From Minisyncoccota bacterium (GTDB lineage: Bacteria > Patescibacteriota > Minisyncoccia > Phycocordibacterales > CAIZLB01), in NCBI GenBank assembly GCA_021734945.1, contig JAIPIA010000002.1, forward strand, positions 258,829-322,828: a DNA stretch of 64,000 bases, read 5' to 3'. Under the pieces are notes generated by a model. That model saw only the letters and a list, made by a program, of their open reading frames with translations, did not search any database and was not told where the DNA came from. Both the position numbers and the translations under genes were made by a program. How positions within the stretch are numbered: the first letter of the stretch is position 1; every line of letters starts with the position of its first letter. Shown here one piece after another: positions 20,501-30,112 of this stretch.

Positions 20501-22417
20501 CTACAGTATATCAACAATTCTTAATCTGTACTCTGGATAATTTTTAAACATTGATTTTTCCATATGAACTATAAGATCAGCCAACTCTCCAATTTTAAGC
20601 TTCCCCTCTAGAGCCTTATCTTCCTTTGCAAAGAATTTTATAGCCTTCGTCTCATCACCACTGAGACCGTCCTGCAGACGAAGTTCGAGATGCTCCTTTG
20701 TCTTACCAAAATATTTTATATCCATCACTGTAATACCTTTCATCATAAAAAGTGGTTTTGGATTTGATTCACCATATGGACCAACCTTTTCTATAACATT
20801 CCAAACAGTTCGTCCCACCTCACCGGCATTCAAAACTTTATCAACGAGTATTTCACCAAGGACTGCAACGCCAACACCGTGTTCGCCATCAGTGCCGTTA
20901 ATACCTTTAATACCTGCGGCTTTATTCGCAACATCAATAGCCACTTTTGCATCTTCTACCGCTTTCAAAATGCCAGCATGAGCCTCCAAAATCTTTTCTT
21001 CAAATACATGAATCTTCTCACTTGATACAGAGTAACCACCCGCAGCAACGTGCCCTCCCATATTCAAAAACACACCGTCAGCTTCAGGAATTGCACGCAT
21101 TATTTTTACAACATCATGACCGTCTGGAGCACGACATGAACCTTTTATAACACCCTCCTCATCTCTCCCCCACAAAAACACAGGCTTACCATAATCACGC
21201 ACAATGTTAGTTGCAACAAGTCCGAGCACTGGTGGTTGCCAATCAGGATTACCAACTACGATTATCGGCTTATGTTGCAAGTCACGTTCCTCAATGCTTT
21301 TCTTAATAGCTTTCACAAGATGTGCTACACGAGTTTTTCGTTCTGTATTTAAATTATTGAGATGTTCGACTAGTCGATCTGCCTCAGCATCATCAGTAGT
21401 CGCCAACAGATGAAATGCATCCATAGGACTAGCCATTCTCGATGCAGCATTTATACGCGGTGTAATCATGAAAGCTATATCCTCTTCAGTCATATGCGCC
21501 GGATTCATTTTCAGAGATTTGAAAAGTTTGATGAGACCAAGACGCGGAGTCTTCCGCAAAACTGTGAGGCCAAAATATGCAAAGATGCGATTCTCACCTC
21601 GAAGCGGCACCATGTCAGAAAGAGTTGCAAGACCAACCATATCGAGCAGCCATTTTTCCCAACCTTCTTTTATTTCTATATCTTTAAAATATGCAGCAAT
21701 CGCGTTTGAAACAGCGTCATCGTTAAAATTGCTAAAATCCTTTTCGCGAATAGTCTGACACAAAGCCTGCACTACTTTATATATCACCCCTGAGCCACAA
21801 AGCATTTTTTCTGGATATTCGCAGTCTATTTGTTTTGGATTAATAATCGCAAAAGCATCAGGTAAAATAGCACCGGGTGTGTGGTGATCTGTGATGATGA
21901 GGTCTATTGAATCAACCGCCTTTGTCGAATCACCCTCTTGCGTCTTAGTTGAGTTTTCGCCGAAAATCTCTTGAGCTTTCTGAGTCTTCACCCACGCTGC
22001 ATTATCAATCTCAGCAATACCACAATCTATAGAAATAATAAGCGTCGCGCCTTGAGCGATGATTTTCTCGAGCGCCGGCCGGTGAATTCCAAAGCCCTCG
22101 ATATGTCGATCAGGAATATAGTGAAATGTATTTACATATGAAATTTTCTTAAAAAAATCATGAAGAACTACAGCTCCCGGAATACCATCAGCATCGAAAT
22201 CACTGTATATACAAATCTTCTCGTCAGTAGATACGGCACGCAAAATTCGCTCAACAACTTTTTTCATATCTTTTAGAAGGAATGGATCGTGAGTACCAAG
22301 GTCGTAGTTTGGACTCAAGAAAGCTGTTTTCTCAGTTGGGTCTGTAACACCACGAGAATGAAGTAAGTGATCAAGAAATGAGTCGCCCTGAAATGGCCGG
22401 AGTTTGTAGGTGGGCAT
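20501..22417 (-). CDS. recJ: ssDNA exonuclease RecJ
   Basis: YSDFDADG, ITDHH, PRINAASR, GGHVAAGG. Confidence 0.95.
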   Translation of the reverse strand: MPTYKLRPFQGDSFLDHLLHSRGVTDPTEKTAFLSPNYDLGTHDPFLLKDMKKVVERILRAVSTDEKICIYSDFDADGIPGAVVLHDFFKKISYVNTFHYIPDRHIEGFGIHRPALEKIIAQGATLIISIDCGIAEIDNAAWVKTQKAQEIFGENSTKTQEGDSTKAVDSIDLIITDHHTPGAILPDAFAIINPKQIDCEYPEKMLCGSGVIYKVVQALCQTIREKDFSNFNDDAVSNAIAAYFKDIEIKEGWEKWLLDMVGLATLSDMVPLRGENRIFAYFGLTVLRKTPRLGLIKLFKSLKMNPAHMTEEDIAFMITPRINAASRMASPMDAFHLLATTDDAEADRLVEHLNNLNTERKTRVAHLVKAIKKSIEERDLQHKPIIVVGNPDWQPPVLGLVATNIVRDYGKPVFLWGRDEEGVIKGSCRAPDGHDVVKIMRAIPEADGVFLNMGGHVAAGGYSVSSEKIHVFEEKILEAHAGILKAVEDAKVAIDVANKAAGIKGINGTDGEHGVGVAVLGEILVDKVLNAGEVGRTVWNVIEKVGPYGESNPKPLFMMKGITVMDIKYFGKTKEHLELRLQDGLSGDETKAIKFFAKEDKALEGKLKIGELADLIVHMEKSMFKNYPEYRLRIVDIL

Positions 22418-22494
22418 GATTTATAAAGTGTAACAGAAAACAAAAAAACCTTCTCCTTTCTAACTTTCCAATTTTGTCATACAATACCCAACAT

Positions 22495-22941
22495 ATGACA
22501 CACTCAACAAACACAGACCAAGAAAACTGCATTTTTTGTAAAATAGTAGCTGGCGAAATTGCTGCGAGCAAAGTGTATGAAGACGACGAAACTATTGCCT
22601 TCTTAGATATTCAGCCTGTAAACCCTGGGCACACTCTTGTTATTCCAAAGGATCATTTTGAAAATATATATACAACTCCAGTAATGACATGGATGCGAGT
22701 ACAGATGACGGCCCAAAAAGTGGCTCTTGCTGTAAAACACGCAACTGATGCTGATGGAGTGAATATCTATATGAACAACGAAGCGGCAGCTGGGCAAGTT
22801 GTTCCCCACACTCATGTTCATATTATTCCTAGATACAATGACGATAATCTCACACTTTGGCACGGAACTGCATATAAAGACCCTGAGGAGATGGAATCAT
22901 TTGCTGATAAAATTTCGACAGAGCTCAAAACGGAGAATTAA
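22495..22941 (+). CDS. HIT family hydrolase
   Basis: CIFCKIVAGEI, HTHVHIIPR histidine triad. Confidence 0.95.
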   Translation: MTHSTNTDQENCIFCKIVAGEIAASKVYEDDETIAFLDIQPVNPGHTLVIPKDHFENIYTTPVMTWMRVQMTAQKVALAVKHATDADGVNIYMNNEAAAGQVVPHTHVHIIPRYNDDNLTLWHGTAYKDPEEMESFADKISTELKTEN

Positions 22942-22962
22942 AAAGGACTTCGGGTACTCAAA

Positions 22963-23000
22963 CAAAAAAGACCACCAGTTGTGAGACTAGTGGTTTTTTT
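22963..23000. terminator. Bidirectional terminator between HIT and pgk
   Basis: AAAAAGACCAC...GTGGTTTTTTT. Confidence 0.6.
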
Positions 23001-23007
23001 ATTTTAT

Positions 23008-24264
23008 TCAATTTTTCAAAGCCTCAACTCCCGGCAATGTTTCATTCAACAAGTATTCAAGCATTGCACCTCCACCAGTTGAAATGAACATTGCACTCAC
23101 ACCACTATTCATCGAAGATTCTTCACTTGAATTTTCCTTATCATCAAGATCGAGTTCTGCCATGGCAGCAGTAGTATCACCTCCACCAAGTACAGCTTCC
23201 ACTCCTCTCTCACACACACTAGTAACAAGTTTGGCCATTGCAATAGTCTGGTCCTTGAAACCTTTTTCATAATTACCCATTGGGCCGTTCCACAGAATAA
23301 ACTTTGCATCTTTAAGAACATCCGCGAGTTTCCCGTTCATAGAAGGACCTACATCCATGATTGCATCTTCATCACCAATTTCTGTTATTAATTTTACAGA
23401 TGTTCCAATAGCGCCAGTAACATCACCCTCGATAGGACCAGCTACAACCACATCATCTGGAATAATAAGCTTTGGATTTGAAATAATAGGGGCGAAATCG
23501 ATTTTTGTACCAGATGCATCCATACCACTTGAAACAAGTGATTTACCAACGTTATAACCTTTTGCCTTTAATATGTCATTGAGAAGAGCGCCACCTAGCA
23601 AAATAGAATCTGCTTGTGCAAACTTTTGAATAAGAGGAAGTTTTGTTTCGAACTTTGCACCACCAAGAATAAATACAAATGGATGAGGTGCGTCAAAAGT
23701 TATTTTCAAGTGATCCAATTCACTCATCAACTGAACACCTGCAAATCGTGCATTTGGAAAAAGAGAAGGAAGACTTACAACTGAAGCGTGAGCTCGATGA
23801 GATACAGCAAAGGCATCATTCACATATATATCAGCATAAGATGCAAGCAGCTTTGCAAACTCAATATCATTATTTTTCTCTCGTGAATCTATTCGAAGGT
23901 TTTCAAACATCGCAATCTCTCCATCTTTCATATTAGCCATAATATTAGGCATATTTTCAGATTGAAAATCACTTACAAACATAACAACTCCGCACTCTTT
24001 TGCGTATGTTTCATTCATGTATTCGCACACTGGTTTTAGCCCTGTACCATCCTTACTTTCAATATGAGAGATGAGAATGATTTTTGCACCAGCATTTCGC
24101 AAGTAAGAAATAGTTGGAAGTGTCTTTCTAATTCGTAAATCATCGAGAATTTTTCCTCCAAAAACCTGGATATTAAAATCGCATCGAACTATTACTCTTT
24201 TTCCTTTCAATTCTGAGCTTTGGACACTTGTAATTGATTTAACCATCGTTGTTATTTCACTCAT
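23008..24264 (-). CDS. pgk: Phosphoglycerate kinase
   Basis: VRCDFN, ENLR, VNDAF, GGAK, WNGPMG, STGGGA. Confidence 0.97.
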   Translation of the reverse strand: MSEITTMVKSITSVQSSELKGKRVIVRCDFNIQVFGGKILDDLRIRKTLPTISYLRNAGAKIILISHIESKDGTGLKPVCEYMNETYAKECGVVMFVSDFQSENMPNIMANMKDGEIAMFENLRIDSREKNNDIEFAKLLASYADIYVNDAFAVSHRAHASVVSLPSLFPNARFAGVQLMSELDHLKITFDAPHPFVFILGGAKFETKLPLIQKFAQADSILLGGALLNDILKAKGYNVGKSLVSSGMDASGTKIDFAPIISNPKLIIPDDVVVAGPIEGDVTGAIGTSVKLITEIGDEDAIMDVGPSMNGKLADVLKDAKFILWNGPMGNYEKGFKDQTIAMAKLVTSVCERGVEAVLGGGDTTAAMAELDLDDKENSSEESSMNSGVSAMFISTGGGAMLEYLLNETLPGVEALKN

Positions 24265-24335
24265 GTTATTTATGTAATTGTATAAATTATTTACCCTTAT
24301 ACTTTATGATTTAGACTACTCCATCCTGTGTAATT

Positions 24336-25262
24336 CTATCTTCGCGTTCTAGAATTCTTACTCTCTTTAGCTTTTTTTAATGTTTTCTTGAGTTCCTTTG
24401 TGTTATGTGTTTTTTCAGCCTTATTTATTGCATAAAAAATATCTTTAAAACTTGGAGCTGTGAAACTTGCTCTACCAATAAGGAGCCCATCCACTTCTCC
24501 ATTAAGCAAGATATCTTCTGCATTTTCACTTGTAACAGACCCACCATACAAGACTTTTGTCATAGAAGAAATCGTCTCACCCCAAGTCTCTTTCAAAAAT
24601 TTCTTTATATACACAACCATTTGATGTAAGTCATATGAAGTAATAGCTACATTGTTTTTGTTTCCTATTGCCCACACTGGTTCATATGCAATCACCACTT
24701 TATGAAAATCCGCCCGTGACACATGGACTAGAGCTTCTTTAAGTTGAGCCTTAATAACCTCAAGATAGCCAGCATCAGCGTCTCGCTCTTTTTCTCCTAC
24801 GCATAATATAACCTGCGCATGAGTTCGAAGCACCTGCTGAATCTTCAAAGCAATAGTCTGTCCAGTATCACCAAGCACTCGTCTTTCTGAATGACCAACT
24901 ATTACATATTCTGCACCAGAACTTGTAACCATCTTTACTCCGACCTCTCCTGTGCGCGAACCACCTTCCTCATATATAGACACATCCTGTGCTCCAATAC
25001 TTACAAATCCCGCTTTTTTAGGCTTCTCTGATGCAACCAAAGAAAGAGTACCCAGTGCACGTGCTCCAGTAAGAAAGCTTTTTCCAAATGAGAGTTCTGC
25101 TAGTGGTGCGATATAAGGGAAAGGAGGACAAATAACCACATCAAGATCTTTGTATGAGAGAGCTGCTTTTTTGATTTCTAAAAAATTCTTTCTTGCTTCG
25201 CCGAGAGTAGCCGGATTCATTTTCCAGTTACCTACGAGTAGTGGTTTTTTATTTTTTTTCAT
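24336..25262 (-). CDS. tpiA: Triosephosphate isomerase
   Basis: GNWKMN, GHSERR, AYEPVWAIG, YGGSV. Confidence 0.97.
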   Translation of the reverse strand: MKKNKKPLLVGNWKMNPATLGEARKNFLEIKKAALSYKDLDVVICPPFPYIAPLAELSFGKSFLTGARALGTLSLVASEKPKKAGFVSIGAQDVSIYEEGGSRTGEVGVKMVTSSGAEYVIVGHSERRVLGDTGQTIALKIQQVLRTHAQVILCVGEKERDADAGYLEVIKAQLKEALVHVSRADFHKVVIAYEPVWAIGNKNNVAITSYDLHQMVVYIKKFLKETWGETISSMTKVLYGGSVTSENAEDILLNGEVDGLLIGRASFTAPSFKDIFYAINKAEKTHNTKELKKTLKKAKESKNSRTRR

Positions 25263-25282
25263 TTGATTTTGCGAAATTATAT

Positions 25283-25352
25283 GAGCCCTAAGCGAATACC
25301 TTGGGTCCGCGCAACCGTCTTTTTAGCGCGGAGGTATCTCCTTTTGATTATA
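25283..25352 (-). promoter_or_regulatory. Extended -10 promoter and structured 5' leader of tpiA-pgk
   Basis: TGC-TATAAT, then GATACCT/AGGTATT and CCGCGC/GCGCGG stems. Confidence 0.5.
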
Positions 25353-25386
25353 GCAAACAAGAGACTATCCACAGCTATTCACAAAA

Positions 25387-27204
25387 TCAAAAACTTATTT
25401 CCTTCCATGTATCAGTAATCCACGATGTTGAGCCTCCACCAGAAGTAGAGTCATCATAACTTATTGTAGATAAAGCACTATTATAATTTACTCTTACATT
25501 ACCACTAAGATCAATTGCATATGCAATAAGCGCGTTTGCGCGAGCACTTCCTTCAAATTTTATCTTTCCATTTGGAGCAAAAACAACTACAGCGTCAGAA
25601 TTACCGCTTAGGGCTACTGCTGGGTTTGTACAAGTTGTCGAAATACCACCACAACCACTTGTAGTTACAACTGTTATATAACTTCCTGTCGTACCACTAC
25701 CTGACAACGAAGCTGAACTTGTTATTTGTACTGTTCCGTCTGCAACAATAACTCCTGACCTCGAACCATAAGATGAGGCAAGAGAAAGGTCACCTACACC
25801 TTCAATCACCACGTTACCTGTGACATATATTGTTCCAGTCACAGACATTCTTCCTGAGGCTGATACTTTTAAATTACCATTTATTTTTAATGGACCTGTC
25901 GTAGTTGCAGTCACACCTTCAATGGTTAAATTTCCATTATAAACACCACCGTTTGTAGCCTCAGTTTTCCAATTACTAATGTTTGTATCAGAATACGGAT
26001 AAGTTATTGCATTAGGAGTAGAAGACGAAGCATTACAATCTTTATTATTACCTGTTCCTGACTCGCAATATAGTGTTCCAGAAATTGTAGAATTATTTAT
26101 TATATCTCCATACGCACTGCCGTTGACCACAACCCCACTTATCTTACTTGGGTCACCCAAATAGATCTGAAAATATGCATCAGAATTTGATAAAGGACTC
26201 GACCAAGTTCCACCATACACACCTGATTTTGATGTGCCTGGGTACGAAGAAGATGTATTCATTGCAATAGAGTAATTTTTTGAAGATGAGTTTGAACCTG
26301 CATCAAAAACAATCCAATATGTAGTACCTGGTGTGAATGATATTTTTGTATTAAAAGTGATTGGAATCCAATAATATGAGCTCGAGACCTGTGTCTTATT
26401 CAAAGTAGCCTGTGCAATATATGACGAACTTGGACTTGAGCCTGAATTAGTTGTTATATATACATTAACATTGCCTGGAGAACCTGTTTTTTTGATATAT
26501 ACAGCAATATTTGAAAGTTCTGTAGTAGTAGAAACAGTAAAGCTCTGAGCGAAGTCTTGAGTTGAAGCAGACTTTCCAAAAATAACATTTGATGGAGGAG
26601 GATACACACCTTCGTTTGAAGCATCTACAACCTGAGGAGAAACAGAAGCAACTACAACATTACCATTTATCGTCGAAACACCAGATCCAATAATGTCACT
26701 ATTTGCAATTACATTACCATTTATTGTAGGGCTTCCCTCCATTCTTATACCACCTATACCAACCTGTGTACCATAATTTAGAGCAAAACCACCTTGCCCT
26801 TGAGTAAAAAGACTTTGAGATAGTCTTGTAAATAGTCCAGAAACACCAGTAGCAAGGACTTGTTTTTTTGAACCAACATCTGAGATAAGAGCTGTCGACG
26901 TTGCATCATTGAACGAGAGAACAATACTAGAAGGGAGTGTTTTACCCTTATTTAATCTGTATAAAGCTTCTTCGTTTAAAACATCTGCGGAAATATAACT
27001 TTGCTTTGATTGTAAAAAGTCTGCTGCTGATCGGACCTGTATTGCTACTGGAGTCGCTATACCAACAAGCACTGTAATTGAAATCGTCAGAAATAATAAA
27101 AGTGCACCTATAATAACCTGCCCACTTTGATGACTTCTATAATGGTCTCTACTGCGTGTACGTTTGTTTTGTGAGAATTTTTTGGAAGTATTTTTTTTAT
27201 TCAT
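25387..27204 (-). CDS. PilX-like minor pilin/adhesin with large Ser/Gly/Thr-rich beta domain
   Basis: G|QVIIGALLLFL class III-like N-terminus; AQSF...YWIV domain; last gene of pilin cluster. Confidence 0.65.
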   Translation of the reverse strand: MNKKNTSKKFSQNKRTRSRDHYRSHQSGQVIIGALLLFLTISITVLVGIATPVAIQVRSAADFLQSKQSYISADVLNEEALYRLNKGKTLPSSIVLSFNDATSTALISDVGSKKQVLATGVSGLFTRLSQSLFTQGQGGFALNYGTQVGIGGIRMEGSPTINGNVIANSDIIGSGVSTINGNVVVASVSPQVVDASNEGVYPPPSNVIFGKSASTQDFAQSFTVSTTTELSNIAVYIKKTGSPGNVNVYITTNSGSSPSSSYIAQATLNKTQVSSSYYWIPITFNTKISFTPGTTYWIVFDAGSNSSSKNYSIAMNTSSSYPGTSKSGVYGGTWSSPLSNSDAYFQIYLGDPSKISGVVVNGSAYGDIINNSTISGTLYCESGTGNNKDCNASSSTPNAITYPYSDTNISNWKTEATNGGVYNGNLTIEGVTATTTGPLKINGNLKVSASGRMSVTGTIYVTGNVVIEGVGDLSLASSYGSRSGVIVADGTVQITSSASLSGSGTTGSYITVVTTSGCGGISTTCTNPAVALSGNSDAVVVFAPNGKIKFEGSARANALIAYAIDLSGNVRVNYNSALSTISYDDSTSGGGSTSWITDTWKEISF

Positions 27205-27262
27205 AATCTAAACACTATTGTATCAAAAAATAATTAATACCGTGTAAAGTTATGCTGTATAA

Positions 27263-27784
27263 CTAAGGGCGAAAATCGTAAGAACCTCTAAGAATTGCAG
27301 ATCCATAAAAAGAACGGGACATAAAGTTTGGTGTTGACGATCCACTATTTATTGTAAAATCAACTTTCAATAGTACTGAACTCGTAGCAAACTGAACATT
27401 ATACACAGGATATCGACTAAAAATCATGGATTCAACGACCACACTTGAATCTGTCAGTGGAGAACTATCACTATCATCTGTTATAAAAACTCTTCCGTTT
27501 TGTACATAGAATACTAGCGATGGATTTGTCGAACTACCTGTCTGAAGAGTAACACTTCCATTTTGTACATCAAATGCACCTGCACTAATACCTGTTGAGC
27601 GTTTTGCTTCTCTCATTATTCTATCCATAAGGGTAATAGCTGACGACTCAACTTTTCGGGCTGTACTCACAGTTCTATATGCATCAGTCAAAATAAGCAT
27701 CGAATTCACAATTCCTACAAGCAAGACAGCGAGCAATCCTACATATACGAGCAGTTCGACTAAGGTAAAGCCTCTTTTTTTCAT
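27263..27784 (-). CDS. Type IV prepilin-like protein
   Basis: KRG|FTLVELLV N-methylation motif. Confidence 0.9.
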   Translation of the reverse strand: MKKRGFTLVELLVYVGLLAVLLVGIVNSMLILTDAYRTVSTARKVESSAITLMDRIMREAKRSTGISAGAFDVQNGSVTLQTGSSTNPSLVFYVQNGRVFITDDSDSSPLTDSSVVVESMIFSRYPVYNVQFATSSVLLKVDFTINSGSSTPNFMSRSFYGSAILRGSYDFRP

Positions 27785-27788
27785 AAGA

Positions 27789-28331
27789 TTAGCGATTATA
27801 CGTGTTATATAAATACATCACGATCGACTTCGATGATGTTGATGTCTTATCAAACCAAGACGTTGTAATGGTTGCCTTACGAGTTCCAGTATCAAGAGTT
27901 CCTCCAGAAGAAACAATATTATATGTTGTTGCGTCTCTGTTAACTGAAGCTAGAACAATAGATCTATCAAATTGGTCATCGATGAGATTCTGCGTAGTAG
28001 TAGCTCTCCAACCGTATGTACTCGTACTGTAATCCCAATAAAGCCAGTATGTCGTCCCATTTACCAAAGGGCCTATATTTGTATTCCAACTCACATCTCT
28101 CATAAAACGAAGTGCTTCTGCTCCTTCATCTAACAACATTCCAGCTTGTACCTTTGAAGTATTTCGAAGAGATATAGATGTAAGACCACTGTAGACACCT
28201 AATATAGAAATAACAGAGGTCATTATAATTGCAGATGCAACTAGAACCTCCACAACACTCACGCCTTGTATCTTGTGCGTTTTATTTTTTTTAAAATTTA
28301 TTTTATAAAAATTCATAATACTAATTAACAT
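27789..28331 (-). CDS. Type IV prepilin-like protein (PilV-like)
   Basis: QG|VSVVEVLVA motif. Confidence 0.85.
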   Translation of the reverse strand: MLISIMNFYKINFKKNKTHKIQGVSVVEVLVASAIIMTSVISILGVYSGLTSISLRNTSKVQAGMLLDEGAEALRFMRDVSWNTNIGPLVNGTTYWLYWDYSTSTYGWRATTTQNLIDDQFDRSIVLASVNRDATTYNIVSSGGTLDTGTRKATITTSWFDKTSTSSKSIVMYLYNTYNR

Positions 28332-28342
28332 TGTACACCGTA

Positions 28343-28795
28343 CTAGTTAATTTCTGCCAGCCCAGTTTTGTACAAGATGATTGTACTAGATGCATTAATG
28401 TTTTGTTTTAATCTAAAACTAATTGTTCCAGTTGCACTCGACTTTCCAGTAATAAATTCAAAAGATGCTTGTTGAGTATTTCCTGATAAATTAATTGCTG
28501 AAATCTCAACTTTTGGTGAAAAATCAAATTTTATGTTTGATACAGAATTCGAACTATAGGTAGTACCTTGAAAAAGGGTGACTGACGATGAGGCAAATTT
28601 AATACTATATCGACTATTGTTTTGAGCATTTACTGTTTGGATACGAGCCTTCTCTATGAGTGCAACAACATAATTTACATCCTTATTTAAAGCCTGATTA
28701 TTGGCAACATTATAAAAGGTAGACAGAGAAATGGAAGTCAAAATAAGTACGATAGCAACAACAACAGTGAGTTCAAGTAAACTAAAACCTTTCAT
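28343..28795 (-). CDS. Type IV prepilin-like protein (FimT/GspH-like)
   Basis: KG|FSLLELTVV motif. Confidence 0.88.
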   Translation of the reverse strand: MKGFSLLELTVVVAIVLILTSISLSTFYNVANNQALNKDVNYVVALIEKARIQTVNAQNNSRYSIKFASSSVTLFQGTTYSSNSVSNIKFDFSPKVEISAINLSGNTQQASFEFITGKSSATGTISFRLKQNINASSTIILYKTGLAEIN

Positions 28796-28796
28796 A

Positions 28797-30011
28797 TTAT
28801 TGTATATTATTCATTACTGAGTAAATTGGCTTAATCATCGATATAGCAAAGAAACCTACTGAAGCACCTATAAACACCATGAGCACGGGTTCAATAATAG
28901 TAGATAGGTCTTTTGTTTTCATCTCTACTTCATTTTCATAAAAAGTCGCTACACCAGCAAGCATTGGAGCCATTCGACCAGTCTCCTCTCCTACACTCAT
29001 CATTTCACCAACAAAAAGAGGAAACAATTTTGTTTCTTGAATGAACATTTTTGACAGAGGCTCACCCTTTTCTATAACCGCCTGACTACTAATCAAAGCT
29101 TTCTTATAGTAAGAATTCTGTAGTACGTCGCTCGTAATCTTTACTGCCATAACTAAATCGACTCCAGAAGTAAGAAGTGATGACAATGTTCTTGCAGTTT
29201 GAGCTGAGTTTCCTTCTTTTACGATAGCTCCGATAACTGGCAACTTGAGCGAGATAAGGTCAAACATTTTTGAGCCTGCCTTTGTCTTACCAATGAATAG
29301 AAGGCCGATAGTCGATCCGATAAAACCACCTAATGTAATAATATAGTGAACAGAAATAAAATCACTTATAGCAATAATAACTTTTGTTGAGGTCGGAAGA
29401 GCAACTTTCATCTCTTTAAATGTATTCGTAAGACCAGGTACAACATAAATCATCATCAAAATAGCAATTGTAATCATTACAAAGATAATAATTGAAGGAT
29501 ACATCATAGCCCCCTTAATCTTTTTTGTGAGCATATAACTCTTTTCCATTTGCACACCAACTTGTTTAAGTGTTTCTGCGAGATTTCCACCTTCTTCACC
29601 TACTTTTACCATCGCAACAAATAGCGGTGGAAATATTTTTGGATAAAGTTCAAGCGCTTCATGAAAACTTTTTCCAGAAGAAATGGCGTCATTCAATCCT
29701 TTGTATGCACCTTTGAGCTTTACACCAGGCGTTTGCCGTTCCATTACACTAATAGCCCTTGAGAGAGAAAGACCTGCTTCAAGCATATTTCCAAGATTTC
29801 TAGCAAAAATAATCTTATCCATTATCTTAATTCGTTCAAACATTGTGATGTTTGTAGAGAGACCAAGTTTTTTTCCACTTTGTTCTTTAACTTGAACAAG
29901 AGTCTCTCCAAGCTTTTTAAATTCAGTATAAAAGTCAGACTTATTCTGAGCCTCAATTGAACCTGTATACTTTTGACCTTCTTTATTTATCGCTGTATAT
30001 GAAAATTTCAT
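28797..30011 (-). CDS. pilC: Type IV pilus inner-membrane platform protein (GspF family)
   Basis: Two GspF repeats: GEEGGNL, AMMYP, GEETG, IEP. Confidence 0.93.
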   Translation of the reverse strand: MKFSYTAINKEGQKYTGSIEAQNKSDFYTEFKKLGETLVQVKEQSGKKLGLSTNITMFERIKIMDKIIFARNLGNMLEAGLSLSRAISVMERQTPGVKLKGAYKGLNDAISSGKSFHEALELYPKIFPPLFVAMVKVGEEGGNLAETLKQVGVQMEKSYMLTKKIKGAMMYPSIIIFVMITIAILMMIYVVPGLTNTFKEMKVALPTSTKVIIAISDFISVHYIITLGGFIGSTIGLLFIGKTKAGSKMFDLISLKLPVIGAIVKEGNSAQTARTLSSLLTSGVDLVMAVKITSDVLQNSYYKKALISSQAVIEKGEPLSKMFIQETKLFPLFVGEMMSVGEETGRMAPMLAGVATFYENEVEMKTKDLSTIIEPVLMVFIGASVGFFAISMIKPIYSVMNNIQ

Positions 30012-30112
30012 ACTATTTTATGGAAAACATCTCAAGCTTATTGAAGCTTAATAATTTACTAACAGTATTATACAGCCAGTTATAACTATTTAGAAATAAT
30101 TATATAGCACAA

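Noticed and set aside
25365-25383. Two DnaA-box-like 9-mers (CTATCCACA, CTATTCACA) as an origin
   Set aside because: Both are mismatched and the gap is short and occupied by the tpiA promoter; at most a regulatory site.
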